A stretch of 52,488 nt of DNA, from NCBI GenBank assembly GCA_014729675.1, contig WJJM01000005.1, positions 1 through 52,488 on the forward strand, written 5' to 3'. Below are positions 27,542 to 37,907 of this stretch, in pieces. The notes under the pieces are model-generated. The model searched no databases. It was not told where the DNA came from and worked only from the letters and a program-made list of their open reading frames with translations. The DNA is from Candidatus Woesearchaeota archaeon (GTDB lineage: Archaea; Nanobdellota; Nanobdellia; Woesearchaeales; WJKL01). A program made the translations under genes and the position numbers. Each line of letters begins with the position of its first letter. Positions within the stretch are counted from its first letter, which is position 1.

Positions 27542-27907
27542 TTAGTCTTTTGCCAGCGAGATTATAGTTTTTATAGCAACTACAATTGCCGCAGGCGAAA
27601 CAAACAAAACGACATTTACAAGCATATCACTCAATCCGCTCCATATAGCTGAGATGCTCACATAGCTCGCTGAACTTGCTATTATCAAAGACAATGCTGC
27701 AACTAAGAATCCTGTTGTCTCTTTTGCAGTAACATTAAGCAATCCTACTATAACTCCCAGAACAACTAAAGTCCATACTGTATATTCTACTCTCAATTGC
27801 GGAAACAATGCTAATGCAACAGCCAGAACTAATCCTGCTATAAACGCATAATGACCTGCTTTCTTAAGGTCTGCAGTCTGTTTTTTCTTTTTTGCCACTA
27901 AAATCAC
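27542..27907 (-). CDS. Small hydrophobic membrane protein, paralog of 28018..28374
   Basis: AFI.G, LG.IVGLLNVT.KE..GFL.A, PAA.VVA. Confidence 0.85.
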   Translation of the reverse strand: MILVAKKKKQTADLKKAGHYAFIAGLVLAVALALFPQLRVEYTVWTLVVLGVIVGLLNVTAKETTGFLVAALSLIIASSASYVSISAIWSGLSDMLVNVVLFVSPAAIVVAIKTIISLAKD

Positions 27908-28017
27908 CTCTTTTGATTATATCTCTGAAATAGGAGAACTAGTATATAAAGATTTCTGCTAAGAAATCTTTCTGCCTGAAAAATATAGAATCTAAAAAAA
28001 TAAAAAAACAAATTTGC

Positions 28018-28374
28018 TTATTCAGCAGCAAATCCATATACGGCTCTTAATGCTACGATCAAAGCTGCAGGCGCTACTAATACAACTGCCTTAGCGATGA
28101 TTCCTGCAAGGATTCCTCCCAGAGGATCAACAAGCGTATCTACGCTTCCAAGGTTAGCTGTATTTGCCATCAGTACTGCAACAGACGCAATTAAAAATCC
28201 CTGTACTTCTTTGGTTGTTATATTCACAAATCCCACAACTAATCCTAATACAACCAACAGCAGGGTTACCCATGCGCTTGTCCCCCATGCTGCATTAAGT
28301 CCAGCTCCAATTCCTGTTACAACTGCTACTATAACTCCGATCAAAAATGCCCATTTTCCTACTTGGTTAGCCAT
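28018..28374 (-). CDS. Small hydrophobic membrane protein, paralog of 27542..27907
   Basis: AFL.G, LG.VVGFVNIT.KE..GFL.A, PAA.IVA; GGAGG RBS. Confidence 0.85.
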   Translation of the reverse strand: MANQVGKWAFLIGVIVAVVTGIGAGLNAAWGTSAWVTLLLVVLGLVVGFVNITTKEVQGFLIASVAVLMANTANLGSVDTLVDPLGGILAGIIAKAVVLVAPAALIVALRAVYGFAAE

Positions 28375-28469
28375 TATTAACTACCTCCTTTTTGTTTAGA
28401 AGGGATAAAAACCCCTTTTACCTTATCTAGAGAATATATTATATAAACCTTAGTTACCATCAACTAGGA

Positions 28470-29483
28470 CTAATTCAAACTGTTCAGAATATCATGGCTA
28501 TTTTTCACATTCAACCTATTTTTTATCTCTTTCCATAATCCTCCTGCTTTTGCCTGAAATTTTGTGATAAAATATTCTTTTTCTTCTTCGCTTATCTTTG
28601 CAAACCTGTCAGCCATCAAAAGCCCGTAGGGATATCCTGGAAACCCCACATCTTTGGAATTATCACCAAGTTCCCCTGCGACAATAGGCACCATATCTTT
28701 CTGAGATTTGAAAACTTCAAGATTAAATAAATATTCGCTTCCACTGTTAAGTTTTACTATGCTTATCTCAGCCCTATAATTTTCGTCATCTATCTCAGCA
28801 ACAGGGTGATACAACCATGCGCCTTCAGGAGAAATAATATTTACAGAATTTAAAAGATCATTTCCTTTGTCAGTATATATACTGCTTGTCTTGTTAAGTG
28901 CAGCGACAACAGTATTCTCATGCATAGCATTTTCATAAAGCTGATCCATAATCTTTTTCTCTCCTTTCACACAGCATCTCAAGCTCCCGTCTAGAACAAC
29001 GATATCTGCATTTCCTGAAATCTCCCCAGCTATTTCAATCTCAGCAAACCTCCTCACGACCCCTCCTATCCTGCTGATATCTGCTTTATTTACTCCGTCT
29101 TTAAGAGTAGGATCGTCAGCATAAAAATCAAACCTCCTGCCCATAATGTCTCCTTTCACAGGAAATATCTCTGTCTTGTATTTCAATTTCCCATCTTCTG
29201 TATCAGAATGCACAAGAACATAGAATTCTTTTTTCTTTTCATCTATTTTTTTATTTTTCTGAAAAATATTTGCATAAATTCTAACCAGAGAAAGAGAAAA
29301 GTTTACAGCCTTCAAAAGTTCTGCATTCCCTCCGTCAACAAATGCAACCTTCTTGCCTTCACTCTCTTTGATTTTCTTGAAATTATCCCTGCTGAGATTT
29401 ACACCTCTTATCCCATGTTCCTCTAATATCGTGGAATCATCCTTTTCCATAAGCCTGCTTATCTTAGAGATTATCTCTTCCAT
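28470..29483 (-). CDS. nurA: NurA-family nuclease
   Basis: AFVDGG, RR.AE, VLDGSL, KTS, GYPYGL..AD..A.I; start MEEII. Confidence 0.8.
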   Translation of the reverse strand: MEEIISKISRLMEKDDSTILEEHGIRGVNLSRDNFKKIKESEGKKVAFVDGGNAELLKAVNFSLSLVRIYANIFQKNKKIDEKKKEFYVLVHSDTEDGKLKYKTEIFPVKGDIMGRRFDFYADDPTLKDGVNKADISRIGGVVRRFAEIEIAGEISGNADIVVLDGSLRCCVKGEKKIMDQLYENAMHENTVVAALNKTSSIYTDKGNDLLNSVNIISPEGAWLYHPVAEIDDENYRAEISIVKLNSGSEYLFNLEVFKSQKDMVPIVAGELGDNSKDVGFPGYPYGLLMADRFAKISEEEKEYFITKFQAKAGGLWKEIKNRLNVKNSHDILNSLN

Positions 29484-29624
29484 AAAAAGGTAATATTTGA
29501 CTATTTTAATAAACATTATGGTTTTTTACAAGACAAGAATTTCAAATAGCATTTTATATTTCTAAAAAGCAGAATAAGATAGCAAATATCCTTTTTTGCT
29601 TGATAAAAATCTCAATCCCATCAA

Positions 29625-29890
29625 TAGTACTCACAGCTTCACTACTCGTGTACAGTCCCACTCTGATCAAAGCCGAGTTCTGGCTTCGGGTTAATCAACT
29701 TAGCAATTCAGTCGCAAATAGAATTAGAATACATCGCCCCTGCTTCAGCGCTATAGTAGCGAGCAAAGCGAGCGTTATAAATTAGGATTGAAAATCCTGA
29801 TTGCAGGGCAACTCTGTTGACCTAGAGATTAAGATTGAATTATCTTAATCGCAAGGCAGATTTACTGACTTAAAGATAAGGATTCAATCT
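29625..29890 (+). repeat. Dispersed palindromic intergenic element, copy 3
   Basis: Shares 24-nt and 21-nt exact matches with copies 2 and 1; contains CCCACTCT and GCAAGGCAG units. Confidence 0.8.
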
Positions 29891-30052
29891 TATTTCTTAA
29901 AGCAACATTAATATACAAACTGCTGAATTAGAGAATAATATCAAATCCTATTTTCAATGATAAACTAGTCAATCTAAATAGATATAAAAATTTTCCAGTC
30001 AGCAATGCAAAAACCATAATTTTTTAAATCAACACTTGTTCCCAAAAAGCTA

Positions 30053-32341
30053 ATGTCTTATGAACTGGTAATATGCGAAAAGCCTGCAGCAGCAAAAAAG
30101 ATAGCTGAGTCTCTTGCAGACAAGAAGCCAACAAGAAATACATATACAAAAAAAGTCCCTTATTACGAACTGACCCATAACGGAAAAAATATCATAGTGG
30201 CCTGCGCAGTAGGCCACCTTTACGGATTGACAGAAAAAGAAAAGAAAGGTTGGGTCTATCCTGTATATGACATAGAGTGGAAGCCTCTCTCAGAGACGCA
30301 AAAATCTGCTAAATTCTCAAAACAATACCTTAATGCGATAAAAAAGCTTGCCAAAGACGCAGATGAATTTACAGTAGCTTCTGACTATGATGTTGAAGGA
30401 GAAGTTATAGGGTTAAACATAATAAGATATGCGTGCAAGAAAAAAGATGCAAACAGGATGAAGTTCTCCACATTGACTAAAGAGGACTTGGTAGAGGCAT
30501 ACGAGAACAAATCTCCTTCTCTTGACTGGGGTCAGGCTCATGCAGGGGAGACAAGACATATGCTTGACTGGTATTATGGTATAAACACTTCAAGAGCACT
30601 AACCTCAGCTATAAAGACAACAGGCATGTTCAAACTGATGTCTACTGGGCGTGTTCAGGGCCCTGCATTGAAGCTTATAACTGATAAGGAAAAAGAAAGA
30701 AGAAAATTTGTCCCAAAACCTTTCTGGCAGATACAGCTGATAGGAGAATCAGAGAGCCAGATAGACGAAGGCAAGTCAGGATCTTCACCCAAAAAAGAGA
30801 TAGACAGCTGGCACGAAGAAGGAAAGTTCTGGGACCAGAAGCCAGCTAAAGAGATATACAAAAAGATAAGCAAGGAAAAGATAGCAACCATAGATTCTGT
30901 AAAAAAGAAACAGTTCAAGCAATCTCCTCCTTTTCCATTTGACCTTACCTCTCTTCAGACAGAAGCTTACAGGGCGCTGCATATCCCTCCTAAGCAAACA
31001 CTGTCCATAGCCCAGGAACTCTATACAGCAGGATACATATCATACCCAAGAACATCTTCCCAGAAACTTCCTGCAAAGATAGGGTATAAGAAGATACTCA
31101 ACAAGCTTGCTTCAAGATTCCCTGAAACAAAGATCATATTAAACAAGAAACAGCTAAAGCCGAATGAAGGTAAGAAATCAGACCCAGCCCATCCTGCTAT
31201 CTATCCAACAGGAATCATCCCCAAAAAACTGGACAAGGATGAGAATAATGTTTACGAATTGATAGCAAGAAGATTCCTGGCTACTTTCGGAGACCATGCT
31301 GTAAGGGAGACTATGAACATAAAGATAGACTGCAGGGAAGAGATATTCATAGCAAAAGGCACAACAACTTTAGAGCCTGGCTGGCACAAGCTTTACGGAA
31401 GATTCACACCCTCAAAAGAAGAAGAACTTCCTAAGGTAGAGAAAGGCCAGACAATAGACATTAAGAAAGTGGAGCTGCATGCAAAAGAGACCCAGCCCCC
31501 AAAAAGATATACAGAAGCATCTATAATAAAAGAGCTTGAAAAAAGAAACCTGGGGACAAAAGCAACAAGAGCATCCATAATAGATACGTTGTTCCAGAGA
31601 GATTATACAGAAGGAAAGAAGATAAAAGCTACAGAGCTTGGAGTAAGAACCTCTGATACCTTGGAAAAATACAATCCTGATATAGTTGACGAAGCTCTAA
31701 CAAAAGAGTTTGAAGAAGACATGGAGAAGATAAGAGAGGGCAATGAAAAAGAAGAGACTGTCCTTGAAAAAGCTAAAAAAGTCCTTAACAAGATCTGCGC
31801 AAACTTCAAGAAGCATGAGAAAGAGATAGGAAAAGAGCTTGCTCAGGCCCAAAAAGAGACAAGAGAAGAACTCTCCACCTTGGGCCCCTGTCTTGTCTGC
31901 AATAAAGGCAATCTCCAGATAAAGAGGGGAAAATATGGATTCTTTGCAGCCTGCAGCAGATACCCTGACTGCGAGGCAACATTTTCATTCCCTTCAAATG
32001 CATTAGTAAAGCCTGCAAAAAAGATATGCGAGACATGCGGTTTTCCAAAGATACTGGTAATAAAAAAGAAAAAGCGCCCTCAGGAGGTCTGCTTAAATCC
32101 AAAATGTCCTGCAAAGCTTGAAGGCTATACAAAAAAGCAGCTCAAGAGACTGGAAGACATAGAGTCTGGCAAGCTCAAGCCTGTCTGCCCTAAATGCAAA
32201 AAAGGCCATCTTAAGGTCAGAAAATCAGTCTACGGTTCATTCATAGCATGCGACCAATATCCTAGATGCAGATATGTAGAACCTCTTGAAGGTGAGCCTA
32301 AAAAAGAAGAGTCAAAAAAAGAAAAATCTAAGAGATCCTGA
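30053..32341 (+). CDS. topA: DNA topoisomerase IA with C-terminal zinc ribbons
   Basis: ICEKP, DYDVEGE, STGRVQ, ISYPRT, AHPAI.PT, LGT.ATR, C4 zinc ribbons. Confidence 0.96.
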   Translation: MSYELVICEKPAAAKKIAESLADKKPTRNTYTKKVPYYELTHNGKNIIVACAVGHLYGLTEKEKKGWVYPVYDIEWKPLSETQKSAKFSKQYLNAIKKLAKDADEFTVASDYDVEGEVIGLNIIRYACKKKDANRMKFSTLTKEDLVEAYENKSPSLDWGQAHAGETRHMLDWYYGINTSRALTSAIKTTGMFKLMSTGRVQGPALKLITDKEKERRKFVPKPFWQIQLIGESESQIDEGKSGSSPKKEIDSWHEEGKFWDQKPAKEIYKKISKEKIATIDSVKKKQFKQSPPFPFDLTSLQTEAYRALHIPPKQTLSIAQELYTAGYISYPRTSSQKLPAKIGYKKILNKLASRFPETKIILNKKQLKPNEGKKSDPAHPAIYPTGIIPKKLDKDENNVYELIARRFLATFGDHAVRETMNIKIDCREEIFIAKGTTTLEPGWHKLYGRFTPSKEEELPKVEKGQTIDIKKVELHAKETQPPKRYTEASIIKELEKRNLGTKATRASIIDTLFQRDYTEGKKIKATELGVRTSDTLEKYNPDIVDEALTKEFEEDMEKIREGNEKEETVLEKAKKVLNKICANFKKHEKEIGKELAQAQKETREELSTLGPCLVCNKGNLQIKRGKYGFFAACSRYPDCEATFSFPSNALVKPAKKICETCGFPKILVIKKKKRPQEVCLNPKCPAKLEGYTKKQLKRLEDIESGKLKPVCPKCKKGHLKVRKSVYGSFIACDQYPRCRYVEPLEGEPKKEESKKEKSKRS

Positions 32342-33584
32342 TTCCTTTCACCCTTTCCTTAACATATCCATCTCTTAGAACATTCCTTAAAAAACTCTCA
32401 GCTTTCCTGTATTTTCTTTTGACTTTTGCATATAGCTTTCCATCTTTCACAAAAGTCTTACCTTCATAAATCTTCTTGAACTTATCAGCATGCTTCTTTA
32501 TCTTAGCAGGAGGACCCTCCTTTATTTCAAACTCTCTTAGTTTCTCATCCTTTAGGACGATATAAAACACAGCTTTTCCATCCCATTCCCAGACAGTATC
32601 TATAATTTCAAATCCTGCTTTTTTCATCTTTCTTTTTATGTGCTCGAGAACTTTTACCAGCTTGCTTCCTACAACATCTTTTTTCCCTTTTAAAGGACTG
32701 GCTTCTACAGTGATTACCTTTTTCCCATGATAATTTTCTTTTAGCTCTTCAACCCCTATACTTTTTTCTTCAAAAGATTCCTTGTCTGGCTCTTTGAGAA
32801 ACTTATGAGCAGATTTCCTGAACATATCATAGTTCTCTTTGCTTAACGCAGCAGCAGCATTCCTGTTTTTCTGGACAGGATCTACCAGCAGCAATGGCCC
32901 TTGCTGCTTGCTCTTGTTTATCCCCATCTTTACTTCAAGCCTGTTCCTATAATGTTTTTCAGTATCTATAATTTCTTCATCTTTCCACTTTGGAGCAGCC
33001 CTGAGCAGATTAACAAACCCCTTGTAATGTATCACAAGTATCTCGCATATATATCCGCTGAATCCATTGATATAACTCTCAGCCCCATAAATTCTATGCG
33101 CTTTGCAGAACTTTTTCATCAGCCTTATATCATCAGCATACTTCTTATGCTTCCTGACCCACTTTGCATGCAAAGGACTCACATCAGTTATATTGACAGC
33201 TTTCTCAGCTTTAGCTATCTTTAGCACAGGAACAACTTCAAATACAAATCCTTTCTTTTCTATCTGGAAATAATCTCTGCTTCCATGCAGCCTTTTTACG
33301 CCATCAAATTTCTTATTAAGATGCTTCTCAAGTATATCACTTAATTCATCGCTTTTGCCCTTATACTTCTCATAATTGAACTGAACAAAAACATCAGCAT
33401 CATGCGCCCCTCTCAGCCAAGTTCCCTTGGCTCCTGATCCTCCGAGAACAGCATTTGCATCCTTAAGCCCTTTGTTCAGTTTTTCTAAAAAAGAATGAAT
33501 CCTCTTGTTTACCTTTTCTTTTTCTTCCTTATCTGGCTTTATATCATCTAATACAGCATCCAGCACTTCATCATATTTCCTCAT
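32328..33584 (-). CDS. cca: Archaeal CCA-adding tRNA nucleotidyltransferase
   Basis: GGSGAKGTWL...DADVF, YGAE..I.GFSGY.CE, DPV..RN.AAA, GPP; start MRKYD. Confidence 0.93.
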   Translation of the reverse strand: MRKYDEVLDAVLDDIKPDKEEKEKVNKRIHSFLEKLNKGLKDANAVLGGSGAKGTWLRGAHDADVFVQFNYEKYKGKSDELSDILEKHLNKKFDGVKRLHGSRDYFQIEKKGFVFEVVPVLKIAKAEKAVNITDVSPLHAKWVRKHKKYADDIRLMKKFCKAHRIYGAESYINGFSGYICEILVIHYKGFVNLLRAAPKWKDEEIIDTEKHYRNRLEVKMGINKSKQQGPLLLVDPVQKNRNAAAALSKENYDMFRKSAHKFLKEPDKESFEEKSIGVEELKENYHGKKVITVEASPLKGKKDVVGSKLVKVLEHIKRKMKKAGFEIIDTVWEWDGKAVFYIVLKDEKLREFEIKEGPPAKIKKHADKFKKIYEGKTFVKDGKLYAKVKRKYRKAESFLRNVLRDGYVKERVKGIRIS

Positions 33585-33687
33585 TATATTCTGATTTATC
33601 TTTTCATTTAAATAAATTACTATACATACACCAATCAATACATTTATAAACAATATGATCCAAACGATATAAAAGAGGCAGGACCAG

Positions 33688-34890
33688 ATGGAAGAATCTA
33701 TAACGACTATAATCCTTATAGCATCAATACTTTTGCTTGGCTTAATCTCATCTATCATTTCAAGAAAACTAAAGATTCCAAATCTCCTCCTTCTTATACT
33801 GCTGGGGATGGGCCTTAGCCACATAAGTGTAAACCATCAGCCTTTGATAGACTTCCCTCCTTTGTTTCTTACATCGATAGCTGTGATAACTCTCGCATTA
33901 GTTGTTTTCGATTCAAGTTCAAAGTTCAAATTCAAGAAATTCGATTCACTTACCATCTCTGGGCTTAAGATATCTATGCTTTTCCTAGCAATTAATCTTG
34001 TCTGTATGTCTTTCTTGGCATTTTACATATTCAATCTTGATTCCATCTTTCTTGCTTTGATATTTGCAGCAGTCATCTCAGGAACAGACCCTTCTGCAAC
34101 CTTGATGATACTTGCAGGAGCAAAGACAAAGCTTTTCGAGCTGCTAAAGATAGAAGCCATACTCAATACACCTTTGATAGTGCTTATACCTTTTTTGCTT
34201 GTAGACATCATAGAGAAAGTGGGTGGGAGATTCACAGTTGATATACTTTCAGAGCAGTCCCTTCCATTCCTGCAGCAGTTCGTTACAGGGATAGGAACAG
34301 GGATACTTATAGCATTGATCTTTTTTAGATTCATGAAAAAATATTATTCTGCTACTCTATCCCCTCTTGCTATGATAACTGCAGCCTTGCTAACCTACAC
34401 ATTATCAGAGACACTCGGTGGAAACGGGGTTCTTGGAGTAACCACAGCAGGTCTTGTTTTCGGAAATCTTTATCATGTCAAGCACATGAAAACCCTCCTG
34501 AAATTCGGAGAGATATTCTCAGAAGTTCTTGAGATACTTGTATTCGTTCTCATAGGAACAGTCATAACATTGCCTTTGAGCTTTTCTTTCCTTTTCCCTG
34601 CAACCATCCTTTTCATAGTTTATCTTTTTATAAGGCTGTTGTCTGTTGAGATAGCTTTCAGAAAAGAATATTCATTCAAGGAAAAGCTCTACATGACCCT
34701 TAATACCCCTAAAGGCATAGCAGTTGCTGTTGTTGTTTTTACGCTTGCTACAAAATCTATTTCTGGATTGGACCTGATACTTGATATGATCCTATTATTC
34801 ATGATATACTCTATAGTGATTTCGACTGTAGTGACTCATTTCACTAAATTTTTTACAAAGACAGAGATAAAAGTAAGTGAAAAAGAATGA
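33688..34890 (+). CDS. CPA1/NhaP-type cation:proton antiporter
   Basis: Many TM helices, SGTDP, E..LN, PKG.A. Confidence 0.88.
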   Translation: MEESITTIILIASILLLGLISSIISRKLKIPNLLLLILLGMGLSHISVNHQPLIDFPPLFLTSIAVITLALVVFDSSSKFKFKKFDSLTISGLKISMLFLAINLVCMSFLAFYIFNLDSIFLALIFAAVISGTDPSATLMILAGAKTKLFELLKIEAILNTPLIVLIPFLLVDIIEKVGGRFTVDILSEQSLPFLQQFVTGIGTGILIALIFFRFMKKYYSATLSPLAMITAALLTYTLSETLGGNGVLGVTTAGLVFGNLYHVKHMKTLLKFGEIFSEVLEILVFVLIGTVITLPLSFSFLFPATILFIVYLFIRLLSVEIAFRKEYSFKEKLYMTLNTPKGIAVAVVVFTLATKSISGLDLILDMILLFMIYSIVISTVVTHFTKFFTKTEIKVSEKE

Positions 34891-35663
34891 AGATTCTATT
34901 TGGCTCAGCAGGGACAGGGGGACTAGGCTATGAAAGAGGTCTTGAAACTTGCAAAGATATGGGGCTTGATGCCATGGAGGTAGAATTCACATATGGTGTC
35001 AGGATGACAGATGCCCAGGCAAAAAATGTTGGCAAACTTGCAAAGGAACTGAATATAAGATTATCTGTCCATGCTCCTTATTATATCAATCTTGCCTCAA
35101 AGGAAAAAGCAAAGCTGAATGCTTCCAAAAAAAGGATCCTTATGTCATGCGAAAGAGCACACCACCTCGGAGCCTCTCCAGTTGTCTTCCATGCAGGCTT
35201 CTATCAGCAGAGAAATCCTGAAGATGTTCACGATATGATAAAAAAAGAGATAAATGCCTTAAAACAGAAGATAAAAGAAAAAAAATGGAAAGTCCGTCTT
35301 GCTCCTGAGACCACAGGCAAACCATCTCAATACGCTGGCCTGGACGAACTTTTGAGATTAAAAAAAGGAACAAGATGCTATCTCTGCATAGATTTTGCTC
35401 ATCTATATGCAAGAGCCCAGGGAGATATAGATTATACAGGCATAATGAAAAAGATAAAAAGATTTTCCCATATACATGCGCATTTCTCTGGAATAACCTA
35501 TACTTCTAAAGGGGAAAGATCCCATAAGCTGATGGAAAAAGACTTTTTCATGCCCTTGGCAAAAGCCATAAAAAAAGCAAAGCCAAGATCCATGACAATC
35601 ATTTGCGAGTCCCCAGATCCTATGGGGGACGCAGTTAAGATGAAAGAATGGTTTGAATCTTAG
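34887..35663 (+). CDS. nfo: Endonuclease IV-like TIM-barrel protein
   Basis: HAPYYINL, VFHAG, PETTGK, IDFAH, HAHFSG, ICESP. Confidence 0.88.
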   Translation: MKILFGSAGTGGLGYERGLETCKDMGLDAMEVEFTYGVRMTDAQAKNVGKLAKELNIRLSVHAPYYINLASKEKAKLNASKKRILMSCERAHHLGASPVVFHAGFYQQRNPEDVHDMIKKEINALKQKIKEKKWKVRLAPETTGKPSQYAGLDELLRLKKGTRCYLCIDFAHLYARAQGDIDYTGIMKKIKRFSHIHAHFSGITYTSKGERSHKLMEKDFFMPLAKAIKKAKPRSMTIICESPDPMGDAVKMKEWFES

Positions 35664-35664
35664 A

Positions 35665-36069
35665 TTATTGCATTATTAGTACAGTATTTCCAAGAAGAAG
35701 CAAATCATCTTTTTCCAGTTTGAATTCATCTGACCCTATTTCAAAAATCTTACCATTTCTTTTTATCTTTGTACCTGATTTTGAACCTAGATCTTTTACA
35801 TACCACCCTTTAAACATATGGTGAACTATATCGCAATGTAATCTTGAAACTTTGCTGTCATCAAGCACAATATTATTGATCTCATTTCTTCCGACATTTA
35901 TATTGTGTCCTTTTAATCTTATGACTCTGAATTCCTTGTCAAGAAACTCAATATTGTCTTTAACATGAGGTGATTCTATCAGCGAATTAAATTTGTTAGA
36001 ATATTTTTTATGATCTTTGTATATCCTTCTGAACCAAGTTCCTTTTAATATCTGCATCTTCAATTTCAT
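35665..36069 (-). CDS. FHA domain protein
   Basis: VGR, VSRLHC, DLGS..GT, D.L.LG. Confidence 0.85.
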   Translation of the reverse strand: MKLKMQILKGTWFRRIYKDHKKYSNKFNSLIESPHVKDNIEFLDKEFRVIRLKGHNINVGRNEINNIVLDDSKVSRLHCDIVHHMFKGWYVKDLGSKSGTKIKRNGKIFEIGSDEFKLEKDDLLLLGNTVLIMQ

Positions 36070-36176
36070 CCTTTGTCCACCTTTGATTATATATTATTAT
36101 CACCAGATATATAATTTTTTCTTTTTATCTTATTAAAATCGAATGATTTATAATATATTATCTATTCATAATTACC

Positions 36177-36560
36177 ATGAAAGAGATAATACTAGACACA
36201 AACTTTCTGCTTATTCCCGGACAGTTCAACATAGATATATTTGAAGAGATAGACCGCATAATCCCTGAGAAACACAAGCTATATGCCCTTGACAAGACTC
36301 TTGACGAGCTTAAAAAGATCCTGAATAATGAGGAGCAGAAGAAAAAGAATAAACATGCAGCAGAACTAGCAATACAATTGATAGATTCAAAAGATATCCC
36401 TATAATAAAAACAAGCTCTAATCTTGATGTAGACAGTATTCTGGTAAAAAAATCACAAAACAAAGATACCATAATAGCTACACAGGACATTATTCTTAAA
36501 AAAAGGATAAAAAATAAAGTAATAACTCTCAGGCAGAAGAAAAAGCTAATATTAGCCTGA
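36177..36560 (+). CDS. PIN-domain protein (Fcf1/Utp24-like)
   Basis: IILDTNFL, EL, VD, IATQD..L; conserved position before rpoE1. Confidence 0.88.
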   Translation: MKEIILDTNFLLIPGQFNIDIFEEIDRIIPEKHKLYALDKTLDELKKILNNEEQKKKNKHAAELAIQLIDSKDIPIIKTSSNLDVDSILVKKSQNKDTIIATQDIILKKRIKNKVITLRQKKKLILA

Positions 36561-36625
36561 TTTCACCACTTTTATAGAAAACTTTATAAAGCCCTGCAGT
36601 TCCTCAATTCAAGTAGGTAATCAAA

Positions 36626-37213
36626 ATGTTCTACAAGACAGAGATACAAGACCATGTAAGGGTGCCTCCAAGCTTGTTCAACCTGAGCAAGGACGAGGCA
36701 GTATTGAAGCAAGTCAAACAGGACTATGCAGGTTACATATCCCAGGACCTTGGAATCGTGATAGATGTAAGCGAAGTCACAGAAGTTGGAGAAGGCATAG
36801 TCATTCCTGGAGACGGAGCTTCATATTACCAGACAACATTTAAGATACTCACATTCAAGCCAGAGATGCAGGAGATTGTCATGGGAAGAATAAAAGATAT
36901 AGCTGATTTCGGTGCATTTATATCGATAGGCCCTATAGAAGGCATGATTCATATTTCCCAGACAATGGATGATTTTGTTTCATTTGCAAAAGATAAATCA
37001 TTAGCTGGAAAAGATACAAAAAGAACACTAAAAGTAGGAGACGAATGCAAGGCAAGAATAATAGCAGTATCCTTTAAAGATCTTACAAACCCAAAGATAG
37101 GCCTTACTATGAGGCAGGCAGGGCTTGGAAGGTTGGACTGGATTGAAGATGACCTTGGAAAAACAGGGGAAAAAGCTTCACAATCCAAAGAAAATAAAGA
37201 ATCAAAAAAATAA
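36626..37213 (+). CDS. rpoE1: RNA polymerase subunit Rpo7 (E')
   Basis: VRVPP, PGDGA, FGAFI.IGP.EG.IHISQ, KIGLTMRQ.GLG. Confidence 0.96.
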   Translation: MFYKTEIQDHVRVPPSLFNLSKDEAVLKQVKQDYAGYISQDLGIVIDVSEVTEVGEGIVIPGDGASYYQTTFKILTFKPEMQEIVMGRIKDIADFGAFISIGPIEGMIHISQTMDDFVSFAKDKSLAGKDTKRTLKVGDECKARIIAVSFKDLTNPKIGLTMRQAGLGRLDWIEDDLGKTGEKASQSKENKESKK

Positions 37214-37261
37214 AAGTTTTATAAATCCCCATCAAAATATATAAAAAATAAATACTTAAAA

Positions 37262-37450
37262 ATGGCAAAAAAGAAAGTATGCAAAAAATGCAAGATATTT
37301 GTTGAGGGCAATGAGTGTCCTGTCTGCAAGGGAAATAAGTTTTCAACAAACTGGCAGGGAAGGATAAACATCCTGGATACTGGAAGATCTTCAATAGCTA
37401 AAAAGATAGGCGTTCAAATGGAAGGGGAATACGCCATAAAAGTAAGGTAA
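37262..37450 (+). CDS. spt4: Transcription elongation factor Spt4 (RpoE'')
   Basis: CKKC..CPVC, W.G, S.IAKK.G...G.YAIKVR. Confidence 0.95.
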   Translation: MAKKKVCKKCKIFVEGNECPVCKGNKFSTNWQGRINILDTGRSSIAKKIGVQMEGEYAIKVR

Positions 37451-37457
37451 TTCTAAA

Positions 37458-37907
37458 ATGGCTTTCGATATAAAAGATCAAACAGAAAATAACCTGCTCT
37501 CAAGAAAAGAAATTATAGCAGAGATGATTTTCGAAGGTCCAACTCCATCAAAACAGGACGTGGCTAAGAAGATAGCCGAATCCCTTAAATCAGATGCAGA
37601 AAATATAGTTGTAAAACATATATACACAGAATTTGGAAAGCCTAAGGCAAGCATACTGGCTTATGTTTATAATTCAAAAAAAGACAGAGAGGAGATAGAG
37701 ACAAAGCACAAGAAGCAAAGAGAAAAAGAAGAAGCAGAAAAAAAGAAAGCTGCTGAAGAAGCAGAAAAAGCAAAACAAGAGGCTGCACCTGCTGAAGAAA
37801 AGAAAGAAGAAGCCCCAGCAGAAGAGAAAAAAGAACAATCACCATCTGAAAAGCCAGCAGAAGAAGCTAAAAAAGAAGCACCTGCCGAGGAGAAAAAAGA
37901 AGCATAA
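37458..37907 (+). CDS. rps24e: 30S ribosomal protein S24e with an E/K/A/P-rich tail
   Basis: N.LL.RKE, PTPS, T.FG, .Y; tail with repeated APAEEKKE. Confidence 0.9.
   Translation: MAFDIKDQTENNLLSRKEIIAEMIFEGPTPSKQDVAKKIAESLKSDAENIVVKHIYTEFGKPKASILAYVYNSKKDREEIETKHKKQREKEEAEKKKAAEEAEKAKQEAAPAEEKKEEAPAEEKKEQSPSEKPAEEAKKEAPAEEKKEA

Noticed and set aside
29600-29785. 61-aa ORF, and likewise 48645-48848 and 19505-19720
   Set aside because: They have TTG starts and overlap repeat elements or better-supported minus-strand micro-ORFs.
33585-33824. N-terminal extension of the CCA enzyme
   Set aside because: It overlaps the antiporter on the other strand and the divergent promoter; the real start is 33584.
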